Assembly (NCBI GenBank): GCA_947053925.1
Contig: CAMRUG010000006.1
Location: 4,350 to 68,349, forward strand
Length of the DNA stretch: 64,000 bases
Reading direction: 5' to 3'
Origin: an uncultured Clostridia bacterium
GTDB lineage: Bacteria; Bacillota; Clostridia; Christensenellales; CAG-314
A program made the translations under genes and the position numbers. This document shows positions 1 through 9,172 of the stretch, one piece after another. Every line of letters begins with the position of its first letter. Within the stretch, counting starts at the first letter, position 1. The notes under the pieces were generated by a model. It was not told where the DNA came from. It saw only the letters and a program-made list of their open reading frames with translations, and did no database searches.

Positions 1-5
1 TAAAC

Positions 6-806
6 TCACTGTCGTATCTGATTGCCGTTTTGCCAAAACTGCTCCAACAGTAGATTAAATTCGTCGGGCTTATCCATATTTACGCAATGCCCCGCGCCTG
101 CTACTACCGCATATTGACAGTTTGCTCTTTCCGCCCAAATTCGCGATACTTCTAATTCCATAGGTATATCGTGCTCGCCGCAACCGACCAGCAAAGGATA
201 ATCGGGCATCTTGGACGGATACTTGTTTACAAGATTGCCCAACTTTGCCAAGTACATAAAAGATTTTTTTGGAAATTGTATATTCAAATTGTAAAACTCT
301 TCCTGCGCCGATTCGGTATAAGCCGAAATCTTCTTGTTGGACTTTGCAAACTGTTTAATAGAAAACAACGCTTTAAACATCATTGACATTTGCTGTTTAG
401 TATTGCTTTTTTGCGCTTTAATGTCAAAGTCGTTGATGTCGTATCCGCCGAAGCACGCAAGCGAAAGCACTTCTTTGTCAAAGCGGTTGCAAAAGTCCTG
501 CGCTATAACCGAACCTAACGAAACGCCTACAAAATGCGCGGCGTTTATCCCGTGCTTTGTCAAAATACCGTCTATCCACCGCGACATATCTTCTATGCCG
601 TCTTTACCGCGCGCTTTAACAGATTGACCGTGTCCGATAATATCAACGGCAATCAAATTGTACTTGCCTGCAAAATAATCAAACTGCTTATTAAACATAC
701 GGCTGTCTACAAAAGCGGCGTGCAAAAATACAACCCAATCTTTATTACCTGCGCTACCGTCAATATAGTAAGCAATAGGCGAATTTTCAAGATACAGTTT
801 TTCCAT
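6..806 (-). CDS. alpha/beta-fold hydrolase
   Basis: 266-aa ORF with a nucleophile elbow GVSLGS (G-x-S-x-G), an HGQS region and a C-terminal GAGHC histidine region, all typical of alpha/beta hydrolases. Confidence 0.8.
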   Translation of the reverse strand: MEKLYLENSPIAYYIDGSAGNKDWVVFLHAAFVDSRMFNKQFDYFAGKYNLIAVDIIGHGQSVKARGKDGIEDMSRWIDGILTKHGINAAHFVGVSLGSVIAQDFCNRFDKEVLSLACFGGYDINDFDIKAQKSNTKQQMSMMFKALFSIKQFAKSNKKISAYTESAQEEFYNLNIQFPKKSFMYLAKLGNLVNKYPSKMPDYPLLVGCGEHDIPMELEVSRIWAERANCQYAVVAGAGHCVNMDKPDEFNLLLEQFWQNGNQIRQ

Positions 807-810
807 TATA

Positions 811-1335
811 TTACCTCAATTCCTTTAAAAAATTTTTATACCACTCTATATTAAAACGCACGCAATCACGTCCGTATTTTGCCGATTGCAACTGAAAGAA
901 TAAAATATCGTTATATTCCTTAGATATAAGTCTGTCGCCTTCAGTACATATAAAATCGAGTTTTTGATAGGTTGTATTTAGGTCTTCGATATATTTTTCC
1001 ACTACCGAAACGCGGTTGGCTTTGTCAGAGAAACCCATAAAATATATTTTTGCCAATTCGCGGTTTTTTCCGAAATCGTTTTCAAGCGGACTGTTTACCC
1101 ACTTACTAAAATAGGCTCTGCCCTGTTCGGTAATGGCGTAAGTCTTAACGGCGCGCCCTTCGCTGCTGACGTCGCTAACAACAATGTACCCACCACCCAG
1201 CAATTTTTTTACTGCGGCTTGAATACTGCCCATACTGCAACTGTACATAAGATTTAAACCTTGTTCGATTCGTTTACGCAATTGGTAAATAGATCGCGGC
1301 TGCAACAAAAGCAACCCCAAAATTATGTTTTCCAT
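811..1335 (-). CDS. PadR-family transcriptional regulator
   Basis: N-terminal winged-helix pattern ILGLLLLQPRSIYQL...GSIQAAVKKL...YAITEQGR. The ATG at 1335 is preceded by GGGAGGA, so the upstream in-frame ATG at 1365 is less likely. Confidence 0.8.
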   Translation of the reverse strand: MENIILGLLLLQPRSIYQLRKRIEQGLNLMYSCSMGSIQAAVKKLLGGGYIVVSDVSSEGRAVKTYAITEQGRAYFSKWVNSPLENDFGKNRELAKIYFMGFSDKANRVSVVEKYIEDLNTTYQKLDFICTEGDRLISKEYNDILFFQLQSAKYGRDCVRFNIEWYKNFLKELR

Positions 1336-1502
1336 ATTGTCCTCCCGTAAACATTTACTGTGCAAAAATTTGATAATGCCGCATTATTGCCCGATACTTG
1401 GGTAATTTTACTCAAATACCTACCCGACCGAACGGATTGAAACAGATAACTGTTAAACATTATCAATATTACTAATAGTAACATTGAACGTTAAAAAAGT
1501 CA

Positions 1503-1558
1503 AGCATTGAAATGAAAATTGACTAGGTTAGCGGCAGTTAGATTTTTGTAACAGGCGC
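1503..1558 (-). repeat. terminator-adjacent dispersed repeat, diverged copy F
   Basis: The minus-strand sequence GCGCCTGTTACAAAAATCTAACTGCCGCTAACCTAGTCAATTTTCATTT aligns to the consensus of the other copies. It starts right after the T-run of the 1557-1589 terminator. Confidence 0.45.
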
Positions 1559-1589
1559 AAAAAAACACTGCAACAATCTTTGCAGTGTT
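1557..1589 (-). terminator. intrinsic terminator
   Basis: 9-bp stem AACACTGCA/TGCAGTGTT followed on the minus strand by T7. It lies about 260 nt downstream of the DUF1893 gene. Confidence 0.6.
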
Positions 1590-1849
1590 CCCGTTTAAAT
1601 GAAATTTATTTTACTACAATCCATTTCACACACCAAGCAGACCTTTGCAAACAGTTAACCATTTGCGTGATGTGATGTATAACCGTTGTTAATTGTCGTT
1701 AAACGCTCAATACGGTTACATTTTTATTATACAGTAATGCAAATTATACAAAACAAATAGCATTACTAAACTTATTGCGATATAATATTTTAATCGCTTG
1801 TATCTAATGTTTTGATATTCGCGTTGCGTTTTTTAACGTAAAACGTATG

Positions 1850-2263
1850 CTATGCTTTTAGTAACTCTAGTTGTTGTTTTATGCAAATGTACGCTTCGTC
1901 AGGAGTTTGCGCATTAGCCACGGCTTTTTCCATAGGACAAATATCCGTACCCAAACGGTTAATTATTGCGTCCGTCAATTCGCCGTAGCCGTATGCAATG
2001 CCGTACTGTTCCAACACGGCTTTGCCGCCCCTAGACATTGTTTTGGCATACACGTTTTTTATACCTGCTTTAACAAACAGCATTGCCGCCGCTCTGCCGA
2101 CAATCAAATCGGCGACGGAATATCCCGACAGATTTATTCCGTCGGCAATAAAGTCCATCATAGGAGAAATACCGCGCTTATCGCTAGTTAAGTCCGTATT
2201 ACCTTTACAGAGAGCAATCGTATGCCCGTCCAAATTGTTTTTTGCCCTTTCTAAATCAGTCAT
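1850..2263 (-). CDS. DUF1893 (TM1506-like) domain protein
   Basis: 137-aa ORF whose pattern KRGISPMMDF...VADLIVGRAAAMLFVKAGIKNVYA...GTDICPME matches the DUF1893 family as I recall it. It overlaps the upstream gene by 8 nt. Confidence 0.65.
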   Translation of the reverse strand: MTDLERAKNNLDGHTIALCKGNTDLTSDKRGISPMMDFIADGINLSGYSVADLIVGRAAAMLFVKAGIKNVYAKTMSRGGKAVLEQYGIAYGYGELTDAIINRLGTDICPMEKAVANAQTPDEAYICIKQQLELLKA

Positions 2264-2840
2264 TTTTGACGTCTCTGTTTAAAAGCAGTTTTAAACCCAT
2301 TACTGCAAAGGGAACAACCACTGCTTGCAATACCATTCCTAAAAGCCCCGCTTGAATTTGCGACCAAATAAGCGCAGGAGAAAAGGGCGTAACGGATTGA
2401 AACACTACCGCAAGTAACATAAATACCGCGCGGCCGCCAACTTGAGCAAGCAATACTGCAGGAAACGCAAGCCACGCGTTAGCGTTGATCTTTTTTGCAA
2501 ATAAACCCGATACAACGGCAAACACTGCAAGTTCTGCCATCATAAACGGTAAACGTGCGGCGGCAGGCATAGGATTGCCGGTACCTAACGTAATCAAAAA
2601 ACTTACAACAGGCGCCGCCAAACCGATACCGACGCCCCAGCCGATACCGAGAATACAACCGCCGATAAGCACGGGTAAATACATAGGCAGCCATTGTACT
2701 CCGCCTGCCGAACCCAAAGCCAAATGCACAAGTTGAGGCAGAGCGACAGCCAACGCAACAAGCCCGACCGAAATTAAACTTTTGACGGTAATTTTAATTT
2801 TGACTGAACAGTTTTTCTTTACCAGTATACTTTCTACCAT
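2256..2840 (-). CDS. polytopic membrane protein, ECF-transporter S-component-like
   Basis: 194 aa with about 5-6 hydrophobic helices rich in Gly and Ala. Size and topology fit substrate-capture S components. The substrate is unknown. Confidence 0.5.
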   Translation of the reverse strand: MVESILVKKNCSVKIKITVKSLISVGLVALAVALPQLVHLALGSAGGVQWLPMYLPVLIGGCILGIGWGVGIGLAAPVVSFLITLGTGNPMPAAARLPFMMAELAVFAVVSGLFAKKINANAWLAFPAVLLAQVGGRAVFMLLAVVFQSVTPFSPALIWSQIQAGLLGMVLQAVVVPFAVMGLKLLLNRDVKND

Positions 2841-2933
2841 AATTAACTCCTGATATTTTTAAACAATTTATTTTAAACGACTTGCGCGGCGTTGTTTAAT
2901 TGTCTTACGCCGACGCGTTTTAGCACACTAACG

Positions 2934-3760
2934 CTAATCTTTTCTTCCGTCTGTAAGCAACGGAGAATTTGTCTGCTGTAATACCCTTAACTGCGAACGC
3001 GCCATATTGTTTAACTGTTTCAAACGCTCTGCTTGCGGAATTTGTTGTTCTATCAAATAAGCGTTCAAACTTTCCATATTTGCAATAACAAGTAATTGTT
3101 CTATCGTTGCGTAGTCTCGGATATTGCCCTTTTTGTCAGGGTTTTCTTCCCGCCACTGCGCCGCCGTTTTGCCGAACAAAGCCACATTCAACAAATCTGC
3201 CTCGTCTGCGTACACAAACTTTAATTGCTCTTCCGAAAGCGTAGGAACAATATTCTCCTTGATAGCGTCTGTATGTATATGGTAATTTACTTTTGCCAGT
3301 TCACGCTTTGCCGTCCATTCTAAAGCCTTTTGTTCTTCTACTTTTAACCGCTGGAATTCTTTGATAAGATACAACTCGAATTCGACTGAAATCCAACTTG
3401 CAAATTTAAAGGCAATATCTTTATGCGCGTAAGTGCCGCCGTAACGCCCGCCTTCGATACAATACCGATAGCATTTGTTTTTTCTATCCATTGTTGAGCA
3501 GTTAAAACAAACGAATTTTCGCCCGAATCGTTTTTAATGTATTCGAATTCTAATACATTAAAATCGGGGTTATGCAAAGTTTCCCACAAACCTAGATACT
3601 TGATAGTAGAATAATTCTTTAACCAATTTATTATAACCATACCGGAATGTTCCGAATTCTTGGCTTTGGCTATATCGGTTAAACAAATATAATCATTGTC
3701 GTCAACACTGCTGTTATATCTGACATTTATTCCCTTTACAAAAACTTCTTTATTCGCCAT
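2934..3760 (-). pseudogene. KilA-N domain protein, frameshifted
   Basis: Two overlapping ORFs (3344-3760 and 2934-3491) in different frames. Together they give a contiguous KilA-N-type protein (...IGIVSKAG | RYGGTYAHKDIAFKFASWISVEFELY...). The frame switches in the GCGGGC run near 3445-3452. Confidence 0.75.
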
Positions 3761-3984
3761 TTTAAAAAGGCTCCTTTTTCACAGTAGCGGAATCGATACT
3801 GCTATTATATCAATAATCAAAACAAAAAGCAATGCTTGTCAAATATTTATTGCTAAACGTAATTTTACGCTTTATTTACAAGAATTTCGTTTTGTCGGTT
3901 TTTGTAGTTTTTTGTCGAAAAATGCAAACGGGTTATGTTTAAAAAGGCTAAAAGATTGAATAGTAGCTCTTTTAAACCAACTGC

Positions 3985-4040
3985 GGTAATGAAACCGCTT
4001 ACGGCTCGGCAATTTTTGTTGCAAAGGACGACAATAATAG
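3985..4040 (-). repeat. terminator-adjacent dispersed repeat, copy E
   Basis: The minus strand reads ATTATTGTCGTCCTTTGCAACAAAAATTGCCGAGCCGTAAGCGG..., immediately after the T-run of the 4040-4070 terminator. Confidence 0.7.
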
Positions 4041-4070
4041 AAAAAGCCCCTGCTACCTACGCAAGGGCTT
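4040..4070 (-). terminator. intrinsic terminator of the sigma/peptidase operon
   Basis: Stem AAGCCC(C)TGC / GCA(A)GGGCTT followed on the minus strand by T5. Confidence 0.6.
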
Positions 4071-4182
4071 TGTGCCGCAAATTTGTCAGTCGCCTACGGC
4101 TAGCGAACATTGTTTTAAAAACAATCTCTCTTTTTAAATAAATTTACTTTGTGTAAATAACCGTGTTTGTTACTTTATTGCA

Positions 4183-4869
4183 CTATTTAACCGCGAGCAT
4201 TTGTTCAACTATTTCGGTAACGCGGTTTTGGTTAGCGGCATTGTCTACTTGTAAATAATATCTAAAGCCGTTGTATTCAAATGTTGCCAACATAAAAATT
4301 TCTGTTTTAACGGTTTGAACCGACACTCCGCATATTACAGATTTTTTTTCACAATTATTCCATTTATTTAAAACATCAACTCGAGTTTTGTTATCTGTAA
4401 TGATAACTTTAATAAGCTCTCCTGTCGTACCGTTTTCCATTTCTTCCGATATAAAAATCATATCGTTACGGTCTTTTAAATTGTAATAAAACTCAGTTAA
4501 TATTGTATCAACACTATCATACAAATCAAGATACAACATATTTTTATTGTTTTTTTCGGAATATTCCTTTATGTTATAGCTTACAATTTCTCCAACGTAA
4601 TCGCCGTCAACACAATAACGGTTCTTTGTTTCGGTCAACGTTACGGGAAGAACTATTGCAAGGCACAGCAAACACGCCGTAACTACCGAAGCAATAACAA
4701 GTGTAAGTTTGTTCTTTTTCTTGGCAGCAACAGGCTTGTGCTCAGTATTCTGCTGAGTTTGCGGAAAGATATTCTCCTCCGCAATACGCACCTTTATTTT
4801 GTCGAGCAGTTCCTGTTTGTGTTCGGGGTCTTGCTGTTCGATAAGGTCGTGAACGTCTCTTTCTCTCAT
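4183..4869 (-). CDS. single-pass membrane protein (possible anti-sigma-like partner)
   Basis: 228 aa: a charged N-terminal ~55 aa, one TM segment (LTLVIASVVTACLLCLAIVLPV), and a C-terminal ~150-aa extracytoplasmic domain. It is the last gene of the sigma operon. No zf-HC2 motif was seen. Confidence 0.55.
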   Translation of the reverse strand: MRERDVHDLIEQQDPEHKQELLDKIKVRIAEENIFPQTQQNTEHKPVAAKKKNKLTLVIASVVTACLLCLAIVLPVTLTETKNRYCVDGDYVGEIVSYNIKEYSEKNNKNMLYLDLYDSVDTILTEFYYNLKDRNDMIFISEEMENGTTGELIKVIITDNKTRVDVLNKWNNCEKKSVICGVSVQTVKTEIFMLATFEYNGFRYYLQVDNAANQNRVTEIVEQMLAVK

Positions 4870-4955
4870 TTATATCTCCTTAACTTACATTATGCAACAA
4901 CTACGGTCAAAATATTAACTGCTCTGTTGTTTTAACGTAAGAAAAACAACAGATG

Positions 4956-5777
4956 CTAATAAATATTGACTATATAAGCCGCATTCAGATTATTTGAATC
5001 AATTTTGTAATATGCTAATGACTGCGGACTTCTTCCCGTTGCAACTTTCAAATATGTATCTGTACGGAACAAGCCGTTAGCGTTGTAGTACTCAACCTGA
5101 TAATATCCGTAAGCCACCATTATATGCGCGCCGGATATTGTTATAGGATCAATCGCATCGTATCCATCATACATACTTATATCATAAACTTCACCGGCCT
5201 TAGTTAAAAGGGCAATAACTTTGTTTTGGTCTAGCGCAGCCTTACATTCGTCAAAATTGAGTTTACCCAACCAGTTACGCACGCTTGTATATGTTAGATT
5301 GTGCCCGCGATTGTTGACGTAGGTTTGCAGTCCCGTTTTAAAATCGTTTTCGCTCACGCCCACGTCGTCCACATTAGTACGCATAAGCGTATACAGTTCG
5401 TTCATAACTGCCGGCACATAGGTTGTGTCTTGCAAACGGTATAAACCGCTTGCTTCATAATACGATACCCAATTGGGAATCAGGTTAGGAAAATACTTAT
5501 CGTAGAAGCCTACTATCGTAGTTCCTGCTACTGTACCGCAAGCATTGGTCATATTGGTTAATTGTCTGTATCTAGGACATTTTCCATCAGTTTCGTTTGA
5601 TAATTTTTCTATACGGTTAGTATAATAAATTTTTTCGCTTGTGGAACGTGGACTTATAAATGGAGCGTCAGCGTATCTGATATCGGTTTCAGCAACTGCC
5701 GTAAATGTTGCAACGCCGAATATCATCGAAAATACCAGCAACAACGGCAAAAGAACAAACTTCCTTACTTTTGTCAT
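4956..5777 (-). CDS. secreted papain-fold cysteine peptidase-like protein (C39-like/C10-like)
   Basis: Signal peptide after the ATG at 5777 (RBS AGGAG). Candidate catalytic Cys in NMTNACGTVAG and His in SGAHIMVAYGY. It is homologous along its length to the ORF at 49882-51093. Confidence 0.6.
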   Translation of the reverse strand: MTKVRKFVLLPLLLVFSMIFGVATFTAVAETDIRYADAPFISPRSTSEKIYYTNRIEKLSNETDGKCPRYRQLTNMTNACGTVAGTTIVGFYDKYFPNLIPNWVSYYEASGLYRLQDTTYVPAVMNELYTLMRTNVDDVGVSENDFKTGLQTYVNNRGHNLTYTSVRNWLGKLNFDECKAALDQNKVIALLTKAGEVYDISMYDGYDAIDPITISGAHIMVAYGYYQVEYYNANGLFRTDTYLKVATGRSPQSLAYYKIDSNNLNAAYIVNIY

Positions 5778-5842
5778 TTGTGTACTCCTATTAAACATTA
5801 TTATATACGAAACTTTTACCGTTGTAAACAAGTTGACGTCCA

Positions 5843-6379
5843 CTAATTTTGCAATTTTTCTCTAATCTTAGCCAGTATCTTTTGCAAACGTTTGTAAATT
5901 GCCGCTTTTGTAACACCGTAACACTCTGCAATTTCGGCGAAAGTTTGATTACGGAAGAAACGGCGTTCGATCAAATCGCGTTCATGTGCGTCAAGTTCGG
6001 AAATAACACAATTGATATCAATTGCCGAATCAGTATCTTTGGAACTTACTTTGTGTAAAGTCAACGCTAGGTTTATGTGATTTTCTTCGCTCAGTTTAGT
6101 GTGGCTATCCAACTTGTTGTAATCGAAAGCCACATTGCGCACGATTTTATACAACCAGTTATAGCCGTCGCTGTTCGGATCGAATTGATAAATAAAATGT
6201 GGCAATTTGACAAACACGTCTGCAACAACGTCATCTGTATACAACTTGTTTGACAGATAACTGTACGCTACACAACGCAAGTGATTTGCTATGTAATTGT
6301 AAAGTTTATCAAACGCCGATTCATCACCGCGTTTGTAACGAGACAAGTAGATATTTACCTTGTAAGAATATTTTGACAT
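5843..6379 (-). CDS. sigma-70 family (ECF-type) RNA polymerase sigma factor
   Basis: 178 aa with a region-2-like N-terminal half and the region-4 HTH pattern ERDLIERRFFRNQTFAEIAECYGVTKAAIYKRLQKI. Confidence 0.8.
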   Translation of the reverse strand: MSKYSYKVNIYLSRYKRGDESAFDKLYNYIANHLRCVAYSYLSNKLYTDDVVADVFVKLPHFIYQFDPNSDGYNWLYKIVRNVAFDYNKLDSHTKLSEENHINLALTLHKVSSKDTDSAIDINCVISELDAHERDLIERRFFRNQTFAEIAECYGVTKAAIYKRLQKILAKIREKLQN

Positions 6380-7051
6380 TTGTACAACCCTAAGTTAATG
6401 TAGGAAAACGCGCATCGATAACCGTTGCCGACTTGGACAGAACCAGACTTTAACAAAGTATCTTAACACGTTTACCGTTTGTAAATTAGTACTAATTTTT
6501 ACTGTATGTAGACCGAATACGTTTAGTATGTTTTTAGCAAAAGACAGTTTTCTCTTTAACTTCGACCGTAAGGTAAACGGAGAATATCTTAGGCTAATGG
6601 AATATTACGGCAAAATACAAAAAAATAGCCTCCTTAATAATACTGTTTTTAACGCCTGTTTGTTTCCCAAATATGACGACTAATTTTTTTGTTTGATAAA
6701 ATAAGTAGTATTATACAACGAAAAATTTACGCGCAAACAAAATATGAAAAAATGCAATCTGTAAATTAAACGTCGTTTTTTAAACGGTAATGAACAAACG
6801 CCTTTTTAACGGATAATGTGTTTATTAGATTATACTTAAATTTATTTTACAAATACAAAACAAACTTGAATCTGATTACCTCAGCCGTACAACTTGCCGA
6901 CCGACACCGACTGAGTGTATCAAAACGCAAATATCTGTAATTTACAGTTATATTTTACGACCGATAAAAACATTTCTACTAAATATTTATTACACAAAGT
7001 TAAAATACTTTTTAGTTTATTTTCAGTTATTTATACTGTAATAAAAATAAG

Positions 7052-7080
7052 TTTACATTTTACTCAATTTAGTTTATAAT
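7052..7080 (+). promoter_or_regulatory. sigma-A type promoter
   Basis: TTTACA-N17-TATAAT, about 70 nt upstream of the ATG at 7150. Confidence 0.5.
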
Positions 7081-7149
7081 TTTTGCGAATATTGTTTTTT
7101 AGGCGTTTAAACTTGCCCTCAACAGGTTAACGCTAAAATAAAGGCGATT

Positions 7150-7911
7150 ATGAAAGAGATAGTTAGACAGAACTTTAAAGTTAAATTAGTAGAAACAGAA
7201 GAAGAATTGTACAAAGTCCGCAGACTGCGCTACGAAGCGTTGATACTGGGACACCGCGACCCGTCGACTATTACGTTTGAAGAATCTTTTACGGAAGAGG
7301 ACCGCGATTGCGACAATTTGATTGTAGTAGACACTACTAACGATACGGTTGTAGGAAGTTACCGTTTTATTACAAAAGAAATGTTTGAGCGTCCTAATTG
7401 CAGGATAGAAAGTTTTTATTCCGAATGGGGATTTAATATAGACGACTTAAAGAAGTTGCCTTACAAAATTTTGGAGTTAGGCAAGGCGGCGGTACACAAA
7501 GATTACCGCAACGGCGTTGTAATTAAACTTATGTTAAAGGGCGCCAGCGAATACGCCAAAGAACACGGCTTACGTTTGTTATTCGGCATAATAACGATGC
7601 CCGAGATGACGGACGCCGACTTACGGAACGTATTTAGTTACCTGTATTACAGAAGTCCGCAAACAGACCCTAATATGCAACCCTACGCGTTAGAGCCGAG
7701 TATACCTATGGATTCTGTTCCCATTGAGGAGATAGACGTACTCAAAGCCAAAAGACAAATACCTACCGCTGTTAAAGCGTATCTTGCCTTAGGCTGCAAA
7801 TTTGCCAAGTCGGCTTGTCCCCGTAACAAATTACTGCACCACGCCGATATGTTGATTATGCTGGACATTGAAAATATGAACAAAAGATACGCGCAGTATG
7901 TTTTGAAATAA
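7150..7911 (+). CDS. GNAT-family N-acyltransferase (N-acyl amino acid synthase / hemolysin-like, Acetyltransf_5 type)
   Basis: 253 aa with the pattern VRRLRYEALI...DRDCDNLIVVDTTNDTVVGSYRF...LELGKAAVHKDYRNG, characteristic of the OlsB/NAS-like GNAT group. Confidence 0.7.
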   Translation: MKEIVRQNFKVKLVETEEELYKVRRLRYEALILGHRDPSTITFEESFTEEDRDCDNLIVVDTTNDTVVGSYRFITKEMFERPNCRIESFYSEWGFNIDDLKKLPYKILELGKAAVHKDYRNGVVIKLMLKGASEYAKEHGLRLLFGIITMPEMTDADLRNVFSYLYYRSPQTDPNMQPYALEPSIPMDSVPIEEIDVLKAKRQIPTAVKAYLALGCKFAKSACPRNKLLHHADMLIMLDIENMNKRYAQYVLK

Positions 7912-8137
7912 AGACAGAGTTTAAAGAATAAACTATAAAAAGTACAAATTTGAACCGTAAATATCAAACGGCTATATTGCTGTTTTAGTAATTACCGATT
8001 AAAAGATACGGAAATTTACACGGCAATCCGCACTGAATAAAAAAAATACAAATTGATTGTAACAACTGCGGAATGAAACGGCATATAAAAGTAAAAACTG
8101 GATATGATTTTGCGGCGTGCCGCAAATTTATATATAC

Positions 8138-8515
8138 GGGGGTGTTTGTAAGATTCGCCCGACGTTAAAGGATATTTGATAAGCGTACCGCAGTGCATCT
8201 GCGTTAAAAATGCAAACTTAAATTAAACGCTAATAATAGCACAAATACAAGCCGTTCTTACGGAATGGCTTACGCCGCTTAATTATACCGGCTCGTAGGC
8301 TTTCGCTTTTTTGCGTGGCGGAATGTCCTGCGTCATAATACGCAGATAGAATATTAGCGGATGCGACAAAACGTTGGTATTTGAAATTTAATTTGTTGCG
8401 GACAACGGTTGGTTTGTTTGTTTTCCGTCCGTTGCGACTCAAAAATAAACTGTGTACGGAGAAAGTCTTATAGTCTTGCGTTGGTACGCGGGTGCAAGTC
8501 CCGCCACCTCCACCA
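8138..8515 (+). ncRNA. ssrA: tmRNA (SsrA)
   Basis: The 5-prime GGGGGTG pairs with the 3-prime CACCTCC-ACCA, including a G3:U pair. The T-arm GGTACGCGGGTGCAAGTCCCGCC is tRNA-like. An internal tag frame at 8229-8282, GCT AAT AAT ... TAC GCC GCT TAA, encodes ANNSTNTSRSYGMAYAA. Confidence 0.9.
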
Positions 8516-8624
8516 CACAAGACGTATACGCACACCCTGCGTTTATGTCGGAATTAGAAATCGCTTTTGCGGTTTTTTTTACATTGTAATCATCGTTTGT
8601 TCCGTAATCAGTAAATAGAGAAAA

Positions 8625-9089
8625 CTAAACTATTTCAATAATCTTTTTTTTACGTTTTTGCGCATAATCAAACGCTATCGTTGTTCCGCCACGACCTGCA
8701 CTACTTTTATAGTAAAAAACACATATATTACTGCTATCAATAAGCTCTTCATTTCTTTTAATATATACAAGCCTACTTGCATTACGAGATTTCTCTGCAT
8801 AGTAAGTTTCTTCATAAAAACTCAAAAGATAATTTAGATAGTCATCAGAAACAAACTCGTATTCGGCACGAACATATACCCTTGTAATATGAGGGTAAAT
8901 CTCCTTTAGTTCCGTTACCGCTTTCCTGCAAAGGTCGTTAAATTCGCTACGACTACCAAATAAAAATGTGGTAATATTTGATTTCACTATTAAGTCTTGA
9001 ATACAAAGTTTTAATTTTTCATATATATACTGTTTGTTTTCGATTTTTCTATGTCCTATAAAACAGCAAGATTGTTCTATCATTCTCAT
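8625..9089 (-). CDS. SLOG-fold protein, DUF1273/YpsA-like
   Basis: The pattern CCFIGHRKI...FLFGSRSEFNDLC...RNEELIDSSNICVFYY...GGT...YA resembles DUF1273. The start is probably the ATG at 9089 or 9083, after GAGGTG. Confidence 0.6.
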   Translation of the reverse strand: MRMIEQSCCFIGHRKIENKQYIYEKLKLCIQDLIVKSNITTFLFGSRSEFNDLCRKAVTELKEIYPHITRVYVRAEYEFVSDDYLNYLLSFYEETYYAEKSRNASRLVYIKRNEELIDSSNICVFYYKSSAGRGGTTIAFDYAQKRKKKIIEIV

Positions 9090-9172
9090 AAAACACCTCA
9101 TAATTGACTATAATTCCATTATATTGCTTATCAGTCAATTAGTCAAAGCGTTTAATTGACTAAAATATAATT

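Noticed and set aside
8230-8535. A 101-aa minus-strand ORF.
   Set aside because: It lies entirely within, and antisense to, the tmRNA gene.
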